DNA of 63,984 nt, filler included, from Licmophora abbreviata (Eukaryota), in the NCBI GenBank assembly GCA_900291995.1. It is 12 parts of 12 records of this genome, joined end to end, with 100 filler letters (N's around TTAATTAATTAA, not from the genome) between each part and the next. Parts side by side here need not be neighbours in the genome. Positions count along the whole stretch, not along the records: positions 7,881 to 22,301 come from OLMU01003701.1; positions 22,402 to 35,136 come from OLMU01003702.1; 10 more parts are not named here. The stretch is one strand, 5' to 3'. The notes below the pieces were generated by a model. It was not told the DNA's origin, did no database searches, and saw only the letters and a list, made by a program, of their open reading frames with translations. Shown piece by piece: positions 10,844-22,828 of the stretch. Both the position numbers and the translations under genes were made by a program. Position 1 is the stretch's first letter; every line of letters starts with the position of its first letter.

Positions 10844-13424
10844 ATGAGGCTCCCGATACTCGTTCTTCTTGTCTCGATCGAGATCGTCCTGTCTCGAGAC
10901 GATGATCGCTTCAACTATCGACAAACGGATATTTCCGTACAAGGGGGGCAAGAGTTTCGAGACTTTGGACCGGAAGACTGGGGGCAGGTGACTTGTGATA
11001 ATCTCGACGTATGTCTTGGATTCCCAGATGACTGGAGAAGTGCCATCGGATGGGAGCTACCCACGCAGACAAACTGTAGATGGTGTCCAGAGGGTAGTGA
11101 CGCATGCGGGCGACACAGTATGTCTCCCATTCGCCTCGATCGAAATAGAGCCGATCCCGATTCCGACATGTACAAAATTTGTGAGGATGGTCACTGGATG
11201 AAGTACGAAGAAGGTGGATGCGATTGGCAAGATATGATCAACAATCCAGAGTCGGAGTATGCGAATAACTTCAGGATCGAGCGCCACGCCTTGCAAATTT
11301 TGTCCCCAGTCGATGCGAACGGCAACCTGAGATGTCCCAGCGGGGGCGACTCAAGGTTTCCTCGTGTGGATTATCCGAAGGGTTTCCCCCGATGGTGGCA
11401 TCTTTCGCATACTGAAATCACCACGAAAAGCGAACACTTCCAGCAGACAAAACAGTACGACGCCGAGGTCCACCTCTCACATTTCTACTCAGAGGACTTC
11501 AAGACTCGCGAGGTAAGAAAAAGACGCCAGTGGTGGTTGTGTCGCAGCGGATCTAGCTTTGACTCACAACTTTTACTGGCTTGTCTCTTGTCTCTGCAAT
11601 GACATGAACTAACTCGTTCGCAGATTGGAAAGATTGCAATTTTTCTGCAGGCATACGATTTCGCTCCGAAATGGGATTATCTTGATAAACTTATTTGCCA
11701 ATTCCGAGAAACAGAAGATCAGATGCGAGAGGAATGTGGGATGCCCAGTGTAGATCCATATCCTGGCTGTCGAAATCCATCAAGAGGCCGACAACCGTAT
11801 ACTCCTTTTCCGACGCAGAGCTTCACCCCTGCACCTACACCACGTCCGACTCAGTATCTCACGCCAGCCCCAGTGCCCGGTCCGACCCCACAACCTCAGA
11901 CGACTGGGCAACAACAACCTGACACGTCTGCTCCTCAGTCTAGTCCTACGAAACGCCCATTTGTACGAACTCTCTCCCCATCGCCTCCACCAGGGCCGAC
12001 AAATGGTCAACAGTCGAATCCAACGCCGTTTCCACAAGCTATTCCGACGCCGGCGCCAATGGCACGAACCCTTAAGCCTACTGATCCTCCCTCGGCGACG
12101 CCTACAATTATTTCCGATCCTGTCGCAATCAATTGTCCCGCCTATTCGCAGATGAATGCCACGTTAGTAAATTACAATCGAATTTGCAAAGATGGAGGGT
12201 GCTGCGATGCGGAACGGTCCGACACAGACCATTGTCACTTTGTCTATGGCCTTTTTGGTGAGAGAACGGCTGAAATGTGTCAGCAGTGTTGCTCGCCATC
12301 AAAAGATGTGGGACCTCCACCGCCCAAACATCCTACCTATCCCGAAATTGACTGTCGAGATGTCCAACAGCCGCAAAGAATCTGTAGAGGGTGCTGTGGG
12401 CCACAGCTGAACGTTGAGTCTCCCTATTGTGTAGATGTCTACCAAACATATCCGTTCGAAATCAAGTCTATATGTTGGTACTGTTGCGGGAGTACTCCCA
12501 AGACTGTCGGGTACCAAAGTAGAAGGAGCTTGAGAGCGGGAGGGGAAAATGCAACGACGGCGACCGAACTTCCCGAGGGTGATGCGAATATTCATAATTA
12601 TGTCAAACAAGCTGACGAGCTACCCGTGAGCCCCACGACTAGTGCTCCTCCAACAGGCGAGTCACATGTTGAAGAAAAACAACTCACTCAGAATAATCTC
12701 GACCAGGAAGAGAATGACCCAATCAGAGCCGCATGGGTCCGTCGTATCCAATTGAGCGAGGCCGATTCTCAAATAAACGAGAACTTCTCCGTCGAGGACT
12801 TTACGCACATGGTACGGGCATACGAACGACGGGACTATTGGGCAGAGTATCAGGCCAGAAACAATGTGACGCAAGATATTCACCGTCACCTTCAAGATGA
12901 TATCAATTTCGAGAGTGTCCCTTACCAGGCATACGAATGGATGCTCAAAGTGAAAACCGAGGTAGGCGATTGCTGTTTGTACTGCACCGTTGTCTCGTTG
13001 TACAGTATCTCACAAACAGTTTTTCTTTATGCAGTATTTCTTTGGCTACGAGGGGAGTCAGGCTGTGCCACCTTGTTTCGAAAAAGTGCACTGGAGAGTT
13101 ATGAAAGACCCAATACGCGTTCACAAGGATCAGATTACCGAACTAGAACGTCTCTTGTCGCAACGAATAGCTCCGAAGGGGTCCAAATTCCAGGAATGCA
13201 GTCGAGACACTGCTGGTGTAGATCGACCGGGTACCTACAGCGGCCAAACAGCCGTCGATGTGAATCGGCCTCTTCAGCAATTTCATAACTTTCATCGATT
13301 AGAATTCTGCGAATGTCAAAACTGGAAGTCCAAGTTCGTGGGCGACAAAGGATGGTGTCAGCTCGACTTGCAGACTCGATTTTACGAACATCCTTACAAC
13401 TTTAACTCACAATGGCAATTCTAG
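10844..13424 (+). CDS. Secreted alpha-carbonic-anhydrase-related protein with large internal Pro/Thr-rich and Cys-rich insertion, about 798 aa
   Basis: Model join(10844..11512,11624..12961,13035..13424), in frame. Signal peptide MRLPILVLLVSIEIVLS; alpha-CA motifs GPEDW, SPI, SEH, YDAEVHLSH, YEGSQAVPPCFEKVHWRV, NRPLQ. Confidence 0.85.
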
Positions 13425-13575
13425 CACATTTTCCGCTACCGAATCACTTCTACAATTCTATAGACCACACAATAATGCTACGCTACGAATCCTCGTACCA
13501 GATACTCGTGAATGGGTTCCTTCTATTGGGGTACGCTTGCCTTTATGATTTTCTGTCGTCTACATGGCAGTCACT

Positions 13576-14544
13576 CTAATAAGCCCACAGGAATTTCGGA
13601 AGTTTGAGATTTTCGTCGGGGTTGTCAACAACATGGCGATGACGGGCCAAGTGCCGACAATTGCGGACCTGATACCGTCGCTTCATCTTCTTGTTTGTGC
13701 GCGGCCAGTCGGAAATAGGCGGGCGAAACTTATCAGACACGGCAGCAGTCTCCTCTTGCGGTGATGTCGTAGAAGTAGTGGGCGTATATTCCTCTTGTAC
13801 GGTGAATCTACCCGTGAATTTGGAAAAGAGATCATTCCCACACACTTCCACGAGTTCGGCACACACTGGTTGACTTTGATGTTCATCGAGCGCCGCCTTT
13901 GCATCGGCTTGTGCCATGGCAATAGCGAAGAGCTGAGAGGCTTGCGAGTACTTCAAACTCACTTGTCGAAGAGGCTCTTCACGCTCCACGACACGCCGTT
14001 GAATAAAGTAGTGTTGTGCCTGCAATACATGGCCCGTGTTCGTGAGCTCGAACCTTGACACGCCTTGAGGAAAATTGGGCACAGTGAGACTCTCCAGTCC
14101 GCGCCGGGAGTGTCCCACCATGTTCCACTGTTCCAACATGTGCATAGCGTTGGTCGTAGGTACGCCTGTCGTAGCACAGTCGTGATGGAGCTGACGTATC
14201 ACGTTCGAGTAGCTACTCGCTTTCGTCTTTCGATTGCTGCGCTCTCGAATGCCCTTGGCGAGCAATCTGGCACGTCGTCGAATGTACTCGAGCTCAGTTT
14301 CAGTCCACCAGAGTTCTCGACGATGCTCCGGAGTGAATTCGGAAAAATGAGGAAGCAGAGGACCGAGCTGATTCACCTGAACTGGCGGGAAGCTGTCGAA
14401 GCTACAAGAAGTGGTGTCTGTAGTGGTAGTGACGGCAGAAGACGCATCAAGACTGAAGCGGACTCGCTTCTTGTCCGTCGTTCTTGGTACCGCTCCTTGA
14501 ATGAGAGCAACGGCTGAATAGGGCGATGGAGCCATCGAGTTCAT
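13576..14544 (-). CDS. Diatom-type hypothetical protein (KKRVRFS...LWWTETEL...RGLE motif family)
   Basis: Single-exon ORF from ATG 14544; motif pattern recurrent in diatom hypothetical proteins. Confidence 0.7.
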   Translation of the reverse strand: MNSMAPSPYSAVALIQGAVPRTTDKKRVRFSLDASSAVTTTTDTTSCSFDSFPPVQVNQLGPLLPHFSEFTPEHRRELWWTETELEYIRRRARLLAKGIRERSNRKTKASSYSNVIRQLHHDCATTGVPTTNAMHMLEQWNMVGHSRRGLESLTVPNFPQGVSRFELTNTGHVLQAQHYFIQRRVVEREEPLRQVSLKYSQASQLFAIAMAQADAKAALDEHQSQPVCAELVEVCGNDLFSKFTGRFTVQEEYTPTTSTTSPQEETAAVSDKFRPPISDWPRTNKKMKRRYQVRNCRHLARHRHVVDNPDENLKLPKFLWAY

Positions 14545-15153
14545 CAAGGAAGTCAAGCACGGAGTCGTCGTTTGTGTGGTGGAGTGCTGTACTTCGTACT
14601 TCTGTATCTCGTCGACTTTGTGATCAAAGTGTTGGTGGTGTGCGGGTTACCAAAATGTGGGGGCGAGAGGGGTGTTTGTTTGGTTTCGGTCGTCAATTCC
14701 TCGGACATTTGGTCATTTCAGTCCCTATTGTTTCTATCGTTTTTGTCGAACACTTGTGAAACATAATATGTAAATTGTAAATTGAACGTATTGGCGCTAG
14801 ATAGTGATGACCTCAAAAGTCACAATGACAGAGAGAGGAACATTTATCGAAACGTCATGATAGGTTTGTACGATACATATGCTGTCGTGCCGGGACTGAT
14901 ATTTCTTCATTGTCGGTCTGTGCTCTGTACGCCCTCTCCGCGCAATCAAAATCAAAATCAAAATGGCGCTGGAGGATTTCATCGTCAAGATTTCTACTTC
15001 AAAATTCACCAAGATTCCCTCTCATCACTGATCACACATTCGCATTGTGAACATGGCGTGAACCTCGTTGCGGCACTATTCCGACGCTGTCAATCACAAA
15101 CGCGACACTGCTTTTCTCCTTTTCTTGTTTTAATAAGAGTCGAAAGTCTCATT

Positions 15154-17391
15154 ATGGCACCCCCACAAGCCCCGCTTCGAATCCTGGTGTGCTCTGGAAA
15201 CATGGGGAACGCGCCTCCCGACCCCGACAGCATCGCTGCCTGGCTCCCGGAGGATGGACTCGTGCGCCAAGTCGTCGAGGAAACCAAGCATCCATTGCCA
15301 GACTACAAGGACCAGCTTGAATTTTATGAGGAAATTGGACTCGATACTGCTTTGGTGAGTAATTTCAGTGCTATTGAAGAAGACAAGCCAAACAAGGAAC
15401 GAAAAGGGAGAGTCAGTTTTGAGTTTGACGATCCAGACAATGACGAACCGACTCCACCACGAGAGTCCTACTTTGATATCATCGTCTTAGGTCTCCAGGA
15501 AGCAACCTTCAAAGTCGAAACGATGGAAAAGGAAATGCCCCAGACACTGCTCCCCGTTCTGTCTCCGGTGTTGCGCGAAGTGAACAAACAAGTCACCAAA
15601 GTGGCCGAAAAGGGGGCCGCCACCCTCGCGCAATTTACTGCCGATAAGGATCACATCAAAGGGGCACGGAGGGATAGTGGGCAGCATGGATATTCAAAAC
15701 AGCAGAGTAGCAAGATCGAAGAAAGCACCGTCAGCGAGGCCTCGACGCATAGTTCCAACAACGATGACAGAAAAGCTTCGCTGGAGAAACTTGCCGTACA
15801 CGACTCTGCCGTCTTGCAAGAGTTACTCGCACAGCGACTTCCTTCCTATCAATTCGTCATTCGCCATCAACGCGGTGAAATGCGATTGGAAGTATTGGTG
15901 CGGGAGGGTGTCGATTGCAATGTCGAATCCGTCAAGGCCCAGAATACCGGCTTGATCAACCTCGGTGCCAACAAGGGAGGGATAGTCGGAGAACTATTGT
16001 GCAACGGAACGACACGCATCAGCTTTTGTACTGCTCATCTCGAAGCCCATGAAGGACTGACCAAATATAAGCATCGATGCAACATGATTTCGCAGATTCT
16101 GGATGGCACGGCAGATGATTCGCTCGCAGTCAAGTATGATATATCCCAAAAGTCGCACTATACGTTCGTCTTGGGGGACTTGAACTTTCGCAGTGACATT
16201 TTGGAATACTCGATCTCTCACAACGGTACCAGCAGTACTACTGGTACCAAGAGTGAAGCTTCCAAGGAAGAACTAAAGACAGAGCACCATGCTGCGGTGA
16301 TGAAGCTCGTGAAAGCGAAGCAGTGGCGTGAGTTGAATCATCATGACGAGCTGTTTCGAGGGTTGAAGCAAAAGGACTTGTTGGTGGGGTTTCAGACTTT
16401 ACCATGTTTCTTTCCGCCCACATTCAAGGTAGAACGGCAGCTTGGTTACCTCTACAAGGAACAGCGTCGACCCTCTTATTGCGATCGCGTCTTGTGGAAA
16501 TGTGCACAAGAGTTGGAGAGCAACGTGACGCCTCTCACCTACGAACCGATTGATGACTTTTCCACATCGGACCACAAACCTATCCGAGCTGCATTTGAAA
16601 TTCAGCCCAATGAAAGGATCTTTCGACGCCCATCGATGCAACGACGAGGATCTGTCCTTAACATGTTTCGACAGTCGTCCATGTCGGAGACACCCGTTGT
16701 ACGGGAGAATCTCCATCTCTTTGTCAGTAACATCAAGTGTTCGATTGACACGCGGGCAAGCGCCTTCGATGTCGATCCGTCTCCGTACGTTGTATTTGTG
16801 TCGTACCCCAAGGCGCTTGTGCGACAAAAGCGATCTGGAAAGGAAAAACTGTTGAGAAAGTTTGGCATTGCCGGACTCGATACCAGCGAAAGGTCCGATG
16901 GGCAAATCAAACGAACCGTAGGAGGTTGGCCGCGAACGAAGAAGCTGAGCGAGACGTACTCACCGGATTGGGGCGAGGAACAGGTTCATTTGGTGGTGAA
17001 AACGCAAGGAAAAGATGGAGAGCCCCTTGATCATTCCGGCTCACTCTTGCATTTGACCGTGATTGATCACAACCCGACAGTGGAACTGTCGAAGACGCTC
17101 GGGTCTTTCACCTTGAATCTCGCACACTTGTGCAAGAGCGCGCGTCAAACGGGAAAGACGGTACAGTCAGGGCGACGGGCGTCCATGATGTGGTCCGCGA
17201 AACCAGCGGCGTCCGAAACGTACGTGATGGACATTCAGGATGAGCCGCTCTTGAAGGGCGGAACTCAGAGGGGTGCTATTTCATGTACGATAGATGCCTG
17301 TTGGGTCAACAACGCGACGCGCAACCGAGCACAGAACGTCAGGGCCCTCAAGAAGAAGAATCTTCTGAGACAAATGAAAGATGCTTGTTGA
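15154..17391 (+). CDS. Inositol polyphosphate 5-phosphatase with C-terminal C2-like region
   Basis: IIVLGLQE, NKGG, AHLEAHEG, GDLNFR, PPTFK, RPSYCDRVLW and SDHKPIRA motifs; ATG at 15154. Confidence 0.9.
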   Translation: MAPPQAPLRILVCSGNMGNAPPDPDSIAAWLPEDGLVRQVVEETKHPLPDYKDQLEFYEEIGLDTALVSNFSAIEEDKPNKERKGRVSFEFDDPDNDEPTPPRESYFDIIVLGLQEATFKVETMEKEMPQTLLPVLSPVLREVNKQVTKVAEKGAATLAQFTADKDHIKGARRDSGQHGYSKQQSSKIEESTVSEASTHSSNNDDRKASLEKLAVHDSAVLQELLAQRLPSYQFVIRHQRGEMRLEVLVREGVDCNVESVKAQNTGLINLGANKGGIVGELLCNGTTRISFCTAHLEAHEGLTKYKHRCNMISQILDGTADDSLAVKYDISQKSHYTFVLGDLNFRSDILEYSISHNGTSSTTGTKSEASKEELKTEHHAAVMKLVKAKQWRELNHHDELFRGLKQKDLLVGFQTLPCFFPPTFKVERQLGYLYKEQRRPSYCDRVLWKCAQELESNVTPLTYEPIDDFSTSDHKPIRAAFEIQPNERIFRRPSMQRRGSVLNMFRQSSMSETPVVRENLHLFVSNIKCSIDTRASAFDVDPSPYVVFVSYPKALVRQKRSGKEKLLRKFGIAGLDTSERSDGQIKRTVGGWPRTKKLSETYSPDWGEEQVHLVVKTQGKDGEPLDHSGSLLHLTVIDHNPTVELSKTLGSFTLNLAHLCKSARQTGKTVQSGRRASMMWSAKPAASETYVMDIQDEPLLKGGTQRGAISCTIDACWVNNATRNRAQNVRALKKKNLLRQMKDAC

Positions 17392-17526
17392 ACTATGTGT
17401 CGTAAGTTAGCGCGTCGTAATGCTATGAGAGTCTTTTTTGCATCAGAGTCTCGAAACGTCAATTGCAGTTATCTCTCTCATTCTACTCTAGCTACGGGGC
17501 GGGACTTGGATCGGCTTCTCTTCGTA

Positions 17527-18771
17527 CTATAAAGCACCGTCTATATCGTGATCCAAATGAGCCGCTTCATTTTCCAAGGCATGGAACGATAGATACTGCA
17601 AGAAGTCAATAACATCATCAGTACACATGGTACTTCGAGTCACAATGTCCAGTGGGGTTTGTCCGTGAAAGTTTTTGACCTTGACAGCGTGCGGATATCC
17701 GGCACCAATCAACGTGATCGTCGCCAGCGAGCTTCCCATCTCGCATGCGACATGGAGGGGCAAGTTAGAATGTTGATCTTGTATCGTTGTACTTTCTGGA
17801 TTTGCATAAATCAAGAGCTGAATCGTGTCGAATGAACACTTCTCCCGCAGGGCCACCGTGAGACTACAGCAGGCCTCGGGCCCGTCTCGCTCTACTAGAA
17901 CGTCGGGACCGGCTCGTACCAAGAGATGTAAGACCTCCAGCGGTGCATTGAGGCTCAAGGCGATAGTGATGGGAAGCTCGTAGCGTGATAGTCGTCTCTT
18001 CTGTTTGGCACTGTTTGTTTTTTCAGATTGCGCACCGTCGATACGAGATGGGCCGGTAGCAATCGGGACGCGCCGACGAATACCGCCCGGATCGGTGCGC
18101 AGAGCACTGTGGACGACTTCCACGTTCCTCGGGTACAGTCGGCAGGCTTCGTGTACAATTGATATTTCGTTGGCGATACGCGTGGATGCCGACGCTCTCT
18201 CGTAGTCTTTTCCCCACTCCAGTCGGTCGAGTTCGAGCCGACGCTCCTGCATGGAGCGATCTAAGTTCTGAGACAGCAAGGTTGCCAAAGATGGAAGGTG
18301 CTCAGCGTTCGCCAACGGAAGTTGCTGTGTTTGTGACGACGAGAGGCTCTGCCTGCTCTCGTGGTACGGTGGGTGCGGTTCATCGGAAAGACTCGCTGAC
18401 GATGGCGACACCACTCCGGGGTCCGCCTCGTAGTGCTGCCATGGCATCAACGCGTCTTCCTGCGCGAAAACAGCGTTTTGCAGGATGCGTTCCTGGTGAT
18501 TCAGTACCGGTAGATGATGAGACGGAGGCAACGAGTCCGAGTGACTCATTAGTGTGGTCTGGTGATTTAGTAGTAGCGGCTGGCCCCCGTGTTCATTTTC
18601 TGGAGCAGTTCGAGCATTTCTGTTGTCACTCACACCTGTCTGCGTGTTTTGACTTCTCCTGTAGAGATCGGCAACGTCGAAACAGTCCATTTTCGATTGT
18701 GGCAGAGGAAAAGCGCCGCGGCCGACATCACCGAAACCCGAACTCGAAACTGCGCCATGACATTGTGACAT
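17527..18771 (-). CDS. Ankyrin-repeat-like protein
   Basis: LPLHVACEMG, GQTPLDI, VHEACR and LLVRAGPDVL segments in the C-terminal half; disordered N-terminus. Confidence 0.75.
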   Translation of the reverse strand: MSQCHGAVSSSGFGDVGRGAFPLPQSKMDCFDVADLYRRSQNTQTGVSDNRNARTAPENEHGGQPLLLNHQTTLMSHSDSLPPSHHLPVLNHQERILQNAVFAQEDALMPWQHYEADPGVVSPSSASLSDEPHPPYHESRQSLSSSQTQQLPLANAEHLPSLATLLSQNLDRSMQERRLELDRLEWGKDYERASASTRIANEISIVHEACRLYPRNVEVVHSALRTDPGGIRRRVPIATGPSRIDGAQSEKTNSAKQKRRLSRYELPITIALSLNAPLEVLHLLVRAGPDVLVERDGPEACCSLTVALREKCSFDTIQLLIYANPESTTIQDQHSNLPLHVACEMGSSLATITLIGAGYPHAVKVKNFHGQTPLDIVTRSTMCTDDVIDFLQYLSFHALENEAAHLDHDIDGAL

Positions 18772-19179
18772 CGTATCATACCTGGTACCGGTATCATATC
18801 AGTATCATATGAAAGTGGGCAGTGGGTTGAAGAAGATCAAAGTTGAAAGTGGTCGCGCGTCTTCTTTCTCGTGTCAAGCTCAACATGAGAATGGCATAAT
18901 ATTCATAAAGTAGTATCTTACATAATAAGTAGACAGTGCTTCCTATGACGTATTCTCAGAAAGTGTCAAAATGTTCGTGTCATCTCGTTGGCGATTCATT
19001 CGCGTCTCACAAAACAGGAGAAAACGCAAGTCGCCGCAATCACGCGTGATGATTCATTTGCTTGCACCGACGGTCGAAAACGTGAACCTCTCCAATGGAC
19101 GACAACAACGCCATGGTGGGTCCCCCGGAACATCATCACTAGCTTCACCTCTTAGCCTTTGTTGGACCAACAAGTCACT

Positions 19180-19602
19180 ATGGGATCCACTCTGCGACGT
19201 ATGAGCAATGCCATGCAGGAGGACTACTCCTCGTGGACGAACGAGACAGAGTCCGTCCTGACATCCTACAGCGATGACACCTTCCGGCAGTACCATGATG
19301 CTCTCGGTATTCATCTTCCCAGTGAGCCTTGCTCGACCACGCGGTCAGGAGTAGTTTTATTGATTCCAGACAGTGTCGCCTTTCCAGTGTCGCAAGTACA
19401 AGAGGTGATGCACGAGGACGACGGGCGGCATGTACTTTTCGAAAGCGAAAAGGAGGAAGAAGGGTGCATCCAAGCAGTCAATGTACCCGTCGACGATATT
19501 TTGGTGGGAAGTGTCGCTCATATACAAAGCAACATCAGGCGCGTACGACGAATACGAGTACAAACTCGACGAAGGAACCGGCGTCTCACTGTGTCTAGCT
19601 AG
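19180..19602 (+). CDS. Possible small hypothetical protein
   Basis: ORF from ATG 19180; no recognisable motif. Confidence 0.3.
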   Translation: MGSTLRRMSNAMQEDYSSWTNETESVLTSYSDDTFRQYHDALGIHLPSEPCSTTRSGVVLLIPDSVAFPVSQVQEVMHEDDGRHVLFESEKEEEGCIQAVNVPVDDILVGSVAHIQSNIRRVRRIRVQTRRRNRRLTVSS

Positions 19603-19728
19603 CTACTGTGCTACGGTATGCATACGTCGTAGACGACGAGCCGATAGAAACCTTGGTTGCAGGTCTCTCTCTATATCATTATTCCTCCTGCTGCGTACGC
19701 CATCAGCCCAATTGACGCGTACGAGGCA

Positions 19729-22162
19729 CTATCGCAGACCCAACTTTTCACGAAACGAAGGGTTGTCCTTGTTCTCTTCCACCCACTGGCGAAGGGGGCG
19801 AGCCGTCGGGACCAACTTCATGGTCTTGGCCACAGACCGTCGCTTCTGGACAGCTTCCGTGTGTGCCATGTACTGGAAGATTTGACCCATATCCTTCATG
19901 TACGTCCCGCGTGCTTCTATCCACTCTTTCGTTTCCACTTGCTCCTGCTCGATGACGTGGTTTGTAGTCGCATCCTCTTGCACGACATTCGATAAAATGT
20001 CGGCTACTTCCTGTACAGTGACAAAGTCCGTCACTAACCCAATCTCATGACCTGCGTAGACCTATGAATGTGCGTCAATGGTTGGGCGCGTTGTCGCAAA
20101 GGAGCTGCAAGTGAGCGACACGAGTAAAAAGACGGGACGCTTTGCTGTCTTTACCCACCTGAAAGCTGTCAAAGATGTTTGCAACAGCTGGACCCAAATC
20201 ATCGACGCTCATACACATGACTTTCGTATCGTCCTTCATGGGGACCGCCATTACTATGCGCTCCTTCCCACCCTCCTCGACGCGACGCTCCGGCTTGAGC
20301 CATTCGAGAAACGCTTCTGCATACAGCGGCATGAGTACAAAAGTGACGCTTAGTTTCTTGGTGCGCGCGTATGCCGCGGCCCGTGCCTTGGCATCAAACT
20401 GCAATGATGATGGCGGTGACAATGAGTGAGCCGACGTTGCTGCCGTCGAGGTTTTCGTCGAAATGACGGACAATCCGCAGCGAATGTGTTCGTTCATTTC
20501 CTCTGCGCTCTCCATGGTACTAAAGACCAAATGCCGTACACTCTTGACCTCTTCGCAGGCATCAATAACATTCTTCGCGTGTCTTTCTTCCATTTCTGGG
20601 GTACGTTGCGCCATATCCTCTAGATAGTCTGTCACGAGGAATGCTCCATGCATGTCGTCCAAAGCAGCTGTACAAGTCTCGATGCGATCCAGATCGGCAT
20701 ACACCACCTCAACTCTCTCCGAATCCAGCTGAATTAGTGCTTTGCTGGCCCCTGATTCAGGATGGCGTGTCGTTGCCCGAATCTTGTAGGATTTACGCGT
20801 GTCTGCCAATAGCCCTTTGATAACGGATACTCCCTCCAATGAGTTGCCACCAAACACGCACACATTAGAGATCTCTGGTGCATCGACGCTCAATCCAACT
20901 TTTTCGAACGATGAATGATCCGAGTTCACTAGGAGCCAATCGGTGAACAGCTGCGGTTTCTTGGGCGACATGACTTTTTCTGTCAAGGTTACATCATGCT
21001 TGGGGGCATACTTCGTATCGCTCAAGAATTGACACATTTGAGCCATGCAAGGGGCCGAGGGAAAGGGGAGCGCCGATACTTCGTCCACGGTGAGCGGGTT
21101 GTAAATGACATCCTTTCCATAAAGATCCGCAAAAGTAGATGCGACCTCATCCATAGAGAGTCTCTCGGCTGAGAGGCGCAAGTTCTTGTTTCTGAAAGCA
21201 GTCGGCGACTCGAAGATATGGGCTGCCATGAGTACGAAAGGTGACACGAGCGAGACAAAGTGAGTCTGAGGCGTCTGCAAACGCCGTATCGATTAGCAGT
21301 CATCTTCATGTCACACTTACGGATAATGTAGGCCAAGTCGGCTGTGCTAAGCATATCTATCTTGCTGTCCTGTCCAAATGCCGCCGAGATCTGTAGGACA
21401 TGGCGGGGAAAGATCGGGTGAGAGACAACGAGACACTAGACGTTCTCAATCGAGGGAAGCGTGTCTACTACAGTGTCACTACCCATATCAACGACTCACT
21501 GTCCACTGCGTCCCACCCTCGTTCGGAAGAGGCATAAAGAAACCAAGAAAGTTAGAGTGAAGGAACGGCAGGGTGACTCTTGTAAGAGTAAGTCCCTCGA
21601 CGTCTCGTAGCTGGATCTGCGCCTCCTGTCCTGCGCGACCCTTACCCGAGTAGTGCGGCACGATGCTTCCGTCATCGAGTGGCAAAATGAAGGTCTCGCC
21701 TGTTGTCCTCGTAATCTCTCGGCACATTTCCTGCACGTCATCCATCGTACTCAATACTACATGTCGCTTCACTCCGTCCTCCTTGTGCACTTGGAGTAAA
21801 ACACGGAAAAAGTTTGTGATGCACTGATACTCGTCTTCCATGCACACGTGAAAGCCCGTGCCGAATCCCACGTCTGTCGGCATGTCCGTTGTCGTCACGA
21901 CAAAGATAAACTGAGCCTGTGTAATACACAAGACGCGTTCGACATCGTTCTGAGACGCAATGTCGGCAGCAATCCAAATCGTGGCATCTGGATACGCGGC
22001 TGAATTCTCGATTTCATCAGGATTTCGAGCCACGCCATACACGGGAGAGTACTGACTGTCCATCAGGCCTTGTAAGACTATTCGCCCCTGTTCGACACGG
22101 GCTCCAAAGACCACGGCAGGGCCCTTGGAGGGAGGAATCGTTTCGTCTTCACTCTTGCTCAT
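19729..22162 (-). CDS. Tandem double NmrA-like (HSCARG-type NAD(P)-binding Rossmann) protein, about 709 aa
   Basis: Model complement(join(19729..20061,20159..21222,21321..21390,21500..22162)), 2130 nt in frame. Unit 1: AVVFGARVEQG...HVVLST...VPHYSGK. Unit 2: VCVFGGNSLEGVSV...GAFLVTDY...HLVFST...FDAKAR...SVDDLGPAVANIF. Confidence 0.85.
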
Positions 22163-22828
22163 GGTCGATGATGTCAATTGGAATTGTTTTTTGTTTTTGG
22201 CTTCGCATTCCAAATCGCTTGTGTTTCTGTTTTCGAATTTAGTCGGAGGGGTCAATACTAGGTGGTGCCAACGGCCAACGCACATTAAACATGCCGATCG
22301 GNNNNNNNNNNNNNNNNNNNNNNNNNNNNNNNNNNNNNNNNNNNNTTAATTAATTAANNNNNNNNNNNNNNNNNNNNNNNNNNNNNNNNNNNNNNNNNNN
22401 NTTCATTCGGCATAAGTCATCATACCGATACTGGTACCGGTAAATGTCTCTGCTCCACCTTACTAGGGAGTCTACCTACTAAGCACGGCGACAAAACTCG
22501 CTAGCAGAGGAGTACAAGGCAATATGTTGCGACTCCACAGGTGGAGAAAGGGTTGTCGATCGGTACCCCCTCTCGTCTTCTGACGCCTCTCTGTTGACAA
22601 GTGTCTGTCGCCGAAAGTTTCAATGCCCCCGCCGAGATCACAGTTCTCCATTATTTGTACACGCCGACCTTATGTAGGATCTTCTCGACTGCTACTACTA
22701 GAGCTTCATTGTCAGCGTTGGCCATTCGTCTCCTCCTGGATGGAGGAATCCTTACATAATATTTACATGTACTTGTACTTCGTTTGTATCTTCATTCTTT
22801 CGGGTCGCCAACATCGCCTCCTGCAGGA

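Noticed and set aside
14782..15153. N-terminal 124 aa of the 869-aa ORF
   Set aside because: Begins at TTG in promoter-like sequence; the first plausible ATG is 15154, just before the phosphatase motif.
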